From: a virus
Taxonomy: Duplodnaviria; Caudoviricetes
Direction: 5' to 3' (one strand)
IMG/VR virus record: IMGVR_UViG_3300032053_000109
Location: 1 to 52,165 of that record
Length of the DNA: 52,165 nucleotides
Shown: piece by piece, positions 46,453 to 52,165 of the stretch
Position numbering within the stretch: position 1 is the first letter of the stretch
Layout of the letters: each line of letters opens with the position of its first letter
Position numbers and translations under genes: made by a program
Notes under the pieces: generated by a model
What the model was told of the DNA's origin: nothing
What the model saw: only the letters and a program-made list of their open reading frames with translations
The model's database searches: none

Positions 46453-46954
46453 TAGTTACCTCAACTCCTCGAATAAAAGTAAATAGCGTACTATCATGAT
46501 ATTTCCCCCCATGGAATTTCCTTAAGGGTATAGATACTCCCATACCATTGTTCATACGGGATGTTTGTTCCCATAATTTTAAGTAGGGACTGCATTCATA
46601 AACCTCAGAAAATACACTTACAAGATTTATATGATCAAAAGCTATTTCAAGTAGGGTTTTTAGAATATTAGGTATTAAATTTGCCTTATCAGGGTCCGTT
46701 ATTAGACTAATCTCAGCAATACGATTGTCCCACTGTATATTTTCTAGTCCTACCATTCCACAGAGGCTTTTGTCGCCAGATATTACAGCCCAGAACCTAC
46801 AATTGCTATCCCTGTTAGATATCTTATTATTATAAAATTCTAATTGGGATTGCTGAGTTAATCCATATGAGGTTCTTAGTATGCTCAATTGCTCGTTTCT
46901 CCATAATCTTATTTGGTTCATGTCAATTGATTCAAGAATTCTAAATTTAATCAC
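46412..46954 (-). CDS. GNAT N-acetyltransferase (PseH-like; start revised to GTG 46954)
   Basis: IRLWRN, GMVGLENIQWDNRIAEISL, AFDHINL..V..EVY. Confidence 0.78.
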   Translation of the reverse strand: MIKFRILESIDMNQIRLWRNEQLSILRTSYGLTQQSQLEFYNNKISNRDSNCRFWAVISGDKSLCGMVGLENIQWDNRIAEISLITDPDKANLIPNILKTLLEIAFDHINLVSVFSEVYECSPYLKLWEQTSRMNNGMGVSIPLRKFHGGKYHDSTLFTFIRGVEVTNESTSLEPTSELN

Positions 46955-46984
46955 TTTATCAGCTCCTATTCTCAGCTCCAAAAC

Positions 46985-47037
46985 AAAAAGAAAGGCGTAA
47001 AGAATCACGGAGCTGTTGTGAAAAGCATCTTTACGCC
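46985..47037 (-). promoter_or_regulatory. Large-loop hairpin/terminator with anti-Shine-Dalgarno in loop
   Basis: GGCGTAAAGA-24 nt-TCTTTACGCC then TTTCTTTTT; loop contains CAGCTCC. Confidence 0.55.
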
Positions 47038-47049
47038 AAACTAACTAAA

Positions 47050-47553
47050 TTAGGATTTTTTCTTTGACCGTAGTCTTTTTATATGCTCTCTAACCTCTTC
47101 TATATCAAGGCTCTGAGTATCTATATGAGAAGTAACTTCTATTTTATCAGTCCATCCAAAATTCTTCAATCCAAAGATTGCTACGGAGGGATGTATGGTG
47201 CCTTCAACAGCTCCATTTTCATAGTAGTATTCAACCATGTCTTTAGCTCTTCTTACTTCTTGAAAGTAATCATCTCTCTGTTCATAATCCAGAAGTACCG
47301 CTCTGCTTGTTCCAAGATATAAAGCTAATCCAGTAACGGTAGGCCTCTGTCTTAATCTCATAAGAGGCTTTCCCTTTCTATCGAATTTCTGAACCCATTC
47401 TATGGTTCCATCCTTTAGCTTTACTTCTTCCCAATGTTCTTCCCAACAACTCTCGAAGTATCTATCAATGCATCTTCTAAGATGTGTTGCTGACTCAAAC
47501 ATTAACTTACGGCCTACCTTCCGAGGTGGCCTAGGTTGTTTTTGTACTGACAT
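47050..47553 (-). CDS. terS: Terminase small subunit (P22 gp3-like)
   Basis: GRKLMF, IDRYF, PTVTGLALYLG.SR..LLDY, IFGLKNFGWTDK. Confidence 0.85.
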   Translation of the reverse strand: MSVQKQPRPPRKVGRKLMFESATHLRRCIDRYFESCWEEHWEEVKLKDGTIEWVQKFDRKGKPLMRLRQRPTVTGLALYLGTSRAVLLDYEQRDDYFQEVRRAKDMVEYYYENGAVEGTIHPSVAIFGLKNFGWTDKIEVTSHIDTQSLDIEEVREHIKRLRSKKKS

Positions 47554-47566
47554 GTCTTCACCCCTT

Positions 47567-48619
47567 TCAATAAGGCTTCTTTTGCCAAGCTAATGATATA
47601 TCACTATTTACCTTTTCACATACTGGAGCTAGGTTAGGTGGATATAACAAACCTCTAAATAAAGGCATCTGATAGATTGGTGTTATATAAGCAGACTTGA
47701 AGTTAAAATCATCTCTTATATACCTACTTAATTCCTTATCCTTCCATGCATATCTATAAAAGCTGTGTTCACAGTCTTCCCTAACTTTTATAGGAAAATA
47801 TTTTGAATCTTCCTGATGTTTCTCTACTATATCTTTTAGTTTCTTCAATTGCTCTCTTGCTATTGCTGCACTGAGTTCTGGCATCCTCAAATTCATACCT
47901 ATCATAGTTTGATTTGTATGAGAATAAGGAACACCCTTTGATTCTAGGTCATTTAGTACTGCTTCTGCATGATTCATTGATAGCCTTAATCTTAACGCTA
48001 ATTCATCATTATCAGTTACGCAGATTCCGCCCTCTCCACAGTGAATGTGTTTATGACGATTCAAACTGAATACTCCTATATCACCAAGTGTTCCCGCGTA
48101 TTTACCTTTATACTTAGCTCCTGGAGCTTGTGCGGCATCTTCTATTACATAAATCTTGTGTCCGTACTTTTTGGAATATTCTTCCGCTATTCTATTGATC
48201 TCCTGAGCAGCATATGGCTGACCAAAAAGGTCTACTACGATGATCGCCTTAGTACTTTCTGTTATTTTCTTCTCTACGTCCTTTGGGTCAAGACAAAAAT
48301 AATCTGGCTCAATATCAGCAAAGACGGGTATAGCCCCGAAATGTAAAGGAATAGTAGCGGAGATTGTCATGGAATAAGGCGTGACTATTACTTCGTCGAA
48401 AGGTTCGATGCCTATAGCGTTAAGAGCCATCCAAAGTCCGCTACTATTACTATTACAAGCAATTGAATTCCTAACCTTAAAATACCTAGACCATTCAAAT
48501 TCAAGGGATTGTACTTCTATGCCACCCATGAAGTTTCTTGACCAATTTCCTTGGTAATCACTTAGAATACCTCGGTCCATAACCCTTAATACTGCTTCTC
48601 TTTCTTCTATTCCTATCAT
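47567..48619 (-). CDS. DegT/DnrJ PLP-dependent sugar aminotransferase (PseC/SpsC-like)
   Basis: PVFADI, VDLFGQ, IEDAAQA, FSLNRHKHIHCGEGG, GMNLRM. Confidence 0.9.
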   Translation of the reverse strand: MIGIEEREAVLRVMDRGILSDYQGNWSRNFMGGIEVQSLEFEWSRYFKVRNSIACNSNSSGLWMALNAIGIEPFDEVIVTPYSMTISATIPLHFGAIPVFADIEPDYFCLDPKDVEKKITESTKAIIVVDLFGQPYAAQEINRIAEEYSKKYGHKIYVIEDAAQAPGAKYKGKYAGTLGDIGVFSLNRHKHIHCGEGGICVTDNDELALRLRLSMNHAEAVLNDLESKGVPYSHTNQTMIGMNLRMPELSAAIAREQLKKLKDIVEKHQEDSKYFPIKVREDCEHSFYRYAWKDKELSRYIRDDFNFKSAYITPIYQMPLFRGLLYPPNLAPVCEKVNSDISLAWQKKPY

Positions 48620-49443
48620 TTTATCAGCTCCTCTAGTATTACTAATGCTTTTAAAGCATCTTTATCAGTGCATCTTAGTCTTTCTTCTCCTGCTAGAAAA
48701 TTATAAGCATTCTCTACCACATATCGAGTACTATAATCAAAGTAACTAGGTACTGGCATGTCAAGTATTCTCTGCTCCTGCCAAAAGTGTTTCTGAAAGA
48801 ATAATTGTATATTCCAAACCCTATAATCGCAATACTTGAACATAACATTATCCTTGATTCCATTTAGTTTGAGAGATTCATCAGCTTTTCCATCTAGGAA
48901 CCAACTCATAAAATCAATTGCATGGGTTCCAGTATGAAGGTCTCCTCTATTATAGAGTATTTGATAAGTTTCAAGGTTTCCGAATTCTCCTGAGTCGTAT
49001 CTGTTCTTAAGATGTATTAATTCAGGAATAAACCTTCGAGTATAATTTACTAAGATAGGAATGCCATTCTCTGAATATAAATTAACAATCTTCTGTGCCT
49101 GTTCTGCAGTTGAGCATAAAGGCTTTTCACAGATAACAAGTTTAGGTTTATTATAACCAGGAGTGGCAATCTGTATTAACTGTTCATAATGAGTATGGTC
49201 TGGAGTGGTTATGACTACAATATCCATTTTTAATTGTTCGAGTGCATATCTAGGTGTTGTAGCAACCCCTCCCCAAAGATGAAAAGCATCAAAAGCCTTT
49301 TTATTTACATTATCATAGAAATATAACTCTGCTTCTCGCTCTTTAAAAGCGTGTGCAAAGGATATTACTTTGTGCTCATTTTGCGAACCTATTGCGTCCG
49401 CTAGAACTCCTTGGTTTCCCGCTCCTATTATCAGTACTTTCAT
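48616..49443 (-). CDS. Gfo/Idh/MocA-family oxidoreductase
   Basis: IIGAG, TPDHTH, CEKP, VNYTRRF, HTGTHAID. Confidence 0.85.
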   Translation of the reverse strand: MKVLIIGAGNQGVLADAIGSQNEHKVISFAHAFKEREAELYFYDNVNKKAFDAFHLWGGVATTPRYALEQLKMDIVVITTPDHTHYEQLIQIATPGYNKPKLVICEKPLCSTAEQAQKIVNLYSENGIPILVNYTRRFIPELIHLKNRYDSGEFGNLETYQILYNRGDLHTGTHAIDFMSWFLDGKADESLKLNGIKDNVMFKYCDYRVWNIQLFFQKHFWQEQRILDMPVPSYFDYSTRYVVENAYNFLAGEERLRCTDKDALKALVILEELIK

Positions 49444-50230
49444 CTTTGTTCAGCTCCTTTTGTGAATAGTAATCATTTAATTCTGATAGGTAGTCTTTTC
49501 TTTCTATCTTCGCCACCTTCTCGTATATATAGGGATAAACATCCAATAGGTTAATAACTTCTTCACAGGTAAGGTCTAGCGAGTAGTCTTTTCCTGCTGC
49601 ATATATCCATTTTATTAACTCATAATCCTCGGGAGTATCTAATGTTACCTCTAGGTCAGGCCTACGTTGTGAGTTTGGAGCCACCCAATTAAGCGGTATA
49701 TATTTTCCCACAGTCTTTGGATTCAGGTAGAACCATGTGCTAACGTGCTGCCTATCGATAGGATTATCAACCTCTTCATTAGCTCTTTCCAGAATATCAG
49801 TGTTGAATACTCTAACATCATATCCTCGTGGGAAGGTTCTTTCTCCGATATTTGATGTAATATCTGAACCTTTTCCACTCCCATGTAGTTTTAACAGCGT
49901 AGAAAGGTGATTCCAGTCGATCAACGGACAATCGGCAGTAATTTCCACTACTATATCTACTTCGAACTTTCTTGCTGCCTCTAGTACTCTTAAAAGGACA
50001 TCCTGTTCGCTACCTCGATATACCTTGCAACCGAGTTTGTTACATAGCTCTTCAATTGGGTCATCTGTTTCATTGGTTGTGGTTGCTACAATTACTTCAT
50101 CTAACATCTTACATTCTTTTACTCTCTCGATGACTCGTTGTAATACGGGTCTTCCCTCCAGGTCCAATAAGACCTTTCCAGGAAGTCGAGTACTTGTCAT
50201 CCTCGCTTGTATTATTGCTCCTCTTACCAA
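49376..50230 (-). CDS. Acylneuraminate cytidylyltransferase (SpsF/PseF-like)
   Basis: AIIQARMTSTRLPGKVL, RGSEQDVL.R, ITADCPLID, TLDTPEDY. Confidence 0.9.
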   Translation of the reverse strand: MVRGAIIQARMTSTRLPGKVLLDLEGRPVLQRVIERVKECKMLDEVIVATTTNETDDPIEELCNKLGCKVYRGSEQDVLLRVLEAARKFEVDIVVEITADCPLIDWNHLSTLLKLHGSGKGSDITSNIGERTFPRGYDVRVFNTDILERANEEVDNPIDRQHVSTWFYLNPKTVGKYIPLNWVAPNSQRRPDLEVTLDTPEDYELIKWIYAAGKDYSLDLTCEEVINLLDVYPYIYEKVAKIERKDYLSELNDYYSQKELNKDESTDNRSGKPRSSSGRNRFAK

Positions 50231-50248
50231 TTTCTATCAGCTCCTTTA

Positions 50249-51427
50249 CTAGATTAGGTAATTACATTCATTTATAAAATCATCATAGATTCGCTTATAC
50301 TCATCTTTCTCGCGAATCCATGGGTTATTCATCCATTGGTTATATTTGAAATGGTTGCTTTGTCCTAGTACTGCCCATTTTTTAAGAGTCTTGGGTTCTG
50401 TATAACCATATTTTTTTGCTTCATCTGCCATAATAGTATCAGGCAGTGGCATAAAAAAGGTAGTACTAAGCCTAAAGTTAGGGTTGATTTGTTTTACCTT
50501 GCGAATATATTTAATGGTCTCTTTAATATCCTCAGGTCCCTCTCCAGGGCATCCAAAAATAACACCTGAAGCCATTATCATATTATGTTTACTCATTATC
50601 TTAGCACATTCTTCAAATTCTATGAGATGGTTCTTTCCTTTTCTCATCTGTTGAACTATCCTATCACTACCAGATTCAAGGCCTATAGTTAATTGCTTAA
50701 GTCCAGTACTTACCAGATCAAGAATGTCGGGTGATTTTACTATTTCCATAGCTCTTGCATCAGCTATCCAGTCAAGGTTGTGTTTCATCATTATTTGGGA
50801 CAGGTCCTTTACTCTCTGAGGCCTGGTGAATACCGTCGCATCAAAAAATACACATTCTTTATATGGGTACATTTTCATAAGATGGTCAATGTCATCTTGT
50901 ACTTTCTTAATAGGAAGTTCAATCCACTGCCTCTTATTTTTGGTAGAGCAAAAGGTACATACTCCAGGACAACTATAGGTACTAACATAAATAAACCTTT
51001 TAGAATCTGGATTAATATAGTCTTCAGGGTTAACTAATTCCCAAGGCATCCTGTGTTCTCCACATTCATAATAACCAGGTAGAATTCTATCAACATGGCG
51101 TGATTGTAAAGTTTGTTCAGGAAGTGCATTGATATGAGGTCCTCCCCATGTGATTGATATATCGGGATTATGTTTTTTTAGAGCTTTACTAACCTCGTAT
51201 GCTCGAGTTACTTGATAGCCAGTATATACAGTTATCATGATTCTATCTGCTTCATAAGCTAATATTTCATCCACTGGGTTAGATACTAACCTATCATCTA
51301 TTATCTTTACCTCTAATCCCTGTGCTATTAAGGCTGAAGCCACAGATAACGCCGATAAAGGCATATAATGAAAGTCTTTATGGGGTTCTAGTTTCGGGTG
51401 GAAAATTAGTATCTTCTTTTTTATCAT
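50249..51427 (-). CDS. B12-binding radical SAM protein
   Basis: PLSA, WGGPH, CPGVCTFC (CxxxCxxC), IGLESGS, IFGCPGE, PLPDT. Confidence 0.88.
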   Translation of the reverse strand: MIKKKILIFHPKLEPHKDFHYMPLSALSVASALIAQGLEVKIIDDRLVSNPVDEILAYEADRIMITVYTGYQVTRAYEVSKALKKHNPDISITWGGPHINALPEQTLQSRHVDRILPGYYECGEHRMPWELVNPEDYINPDSKRFIYVSTYSCPGVCTFCSTKNKRQWIELPIKKVQDDIDHLMKMYPYKECVFFDATVFTRPQRVKDLSQIMMKHNLDWIADARAMEIVKSPDILDLVSTGLKQLTIGLESGSDRIVQQMRKGKNHLIEFEECAKIMSKHNMIMASGVIFGCPGEGPEDIKETIKYIRKVKQINPNFRLSTTFFMPLPDTIMADEAKKYGYTEPKTLKKWAVLGQSNHFKYNQWMNNPWIREKDEYKRIYDDFINECNYLI

Positions 51428-52165
51428 TGTACTCAGCTCCTATGTAGTTATTCATCCTTTCTTTGTGGGTACTTTCGAAGGATTCTCTATCTAGAAAATA
51501 TTCACTAACTATTTTATAATGGTTAGGGTTCCCAAATCCGGATTTGAAGAAAGCTATATCTTTTTCTTTCTGAGAAGAATAGTTTATTAGAGTGTTATAA
51601 GCCATATGGCCCAATACATACATAGGGATTTGTTTATTCCTTAAGTATTCTAGTATGGCGTTCTGAAGATAATGGCTTACGTTGAATTCCTTATACTCAG
51701 GTACTACTCCACAGAGAAAATAGTAAGCTTCTTTTGAATCATACGTAATAAGTGTGAATCCACAGATGCCGCCACTAAAGGAATATGCAAGGAAGAGGGA
51801 TGCATGACCTTCCTTAATCCATTTTTTATACTCATCAAAGGTTTCTGGAGGTCGGGTTATTTTACCAGCTATCACATAATAGAGATCTCTTATTTCATCT
51901 AATAATTGATCTCCCCCATTTGATACATAATTGGTTGAATCTACAATATGGTAATATAACTCTCTTTTAGCGGAGTTGATAAGTGATTTGTAACTCTTAC
52001 GTATGTTATTTACTGAGGTATCAGTGATGCAGATAGGTATTGCATAATTTATAAAGCCAGGTACAAAGCCTTCAATAGCGATTCTCTTAATTCCTATATC
52101 ACGGGCGTAATTAACCAACAAATTGGTAACCTTTCCAAGTAATCTGGTATCTTCACAGATGATTC
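51378..52165 (-). CDS. GNAT/FemAB-like acyltransferase, C-terminal part (frame open to window end)
   Basis: IRKSYKSLIN, AYY, SHYLQ..I, KDIAFFKSGFG; frame stays open upstream (IICEDTRLLGKVTNLL) to base 52165. Confidence 0.75.
   Translation of the reverse strand, partial: IICEDTRLLGKVTNLLVNYARDIGIKRIAIEGFVPGFINYAIPICITDTSVNNIRKSYKSLINSAKRELYYHIVDSTNYVSNGGDQLLDEIRDLYYVIAGKITRPPETFDEYKKWIKEGHASLFLAYSFSGGICGFTLITYDSKEAYYFLCGVVPEYKEFNVSHYLQNAILEYLRNKQIPMYVLGHMAYNTLINYSSQKEKDIAFFKSGFGNPNHYKIVSEYFLDRESFESTHKERMNNYIGAEYNDKKEDTNFPPETRTP

Noticed and set aside
402-51037. Many short antisense ORFs in the track (e.g. 402..584, 8627..8959, 14777..15184, 28261..28590, 39656..39994, 41979..42335)
   Set aside because: Shadow frames opposite well-supported genes, with no RBS or motifs.
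42546-52165. Glycan cluster as host chromosome flanking a prophage
   Set aside because: terS is embedded in it, maf overlaps terL, and the first gene appears to continue at the window start next to phage early genes.

Overview
The window looks like a near-complete (probably circular, opened inside one gene) ~52 kb tailed-phage genome with siphovirus-type tail genes. Its low GC, strong AGGAGG ribosome-binding sites and sigmaA-like promoters suggest a Bacillota (Clostridia-like) host. Layout: small early genes on the minus strand in promoter-gene-terminator cassettes, with a type II hammerhead ribozyme (0.3-6.4 kb). Next come a non-coding iteron-like array and a primase-helicase (6.5-9.6 kb). 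A plus-strand nucleotide-metabolism and replication arm follows (9.8-22.6 kb): kinase, all-alpha dNTPase, two thymidylate-synthase-fold genes with the dCMP-type Asp, ligase, dCMP deaminase, UDG-PolA fusion, exonuclease, Sak4, SSB, VRR-NUC and SNF2. A long minus-strand late arm runs from the window end to 22.7 kb. The standout feature is at the head of the late arm: a pseudaminic-acid-like nonulosonate biosynthesis pathway (PseB/C/H/I/F-like, formyltransferase, oxidoreductase, B12 radical SAM, FemAB-like GNAT) plus a Maf-type flagellin glycosyltransferase, interleaved with terS and terL. The virion surface proteins are unusually Ser/Thr/Ala-rich. Together this suggests a phage that makes its own sialic-acid-like sugar and O-glycosylates its virion; DNA or host flagellin are alternative targets. 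No integrase, tRNA or CRISPR array was seen. All family assignments come from motif recognition by eye, not database searches.
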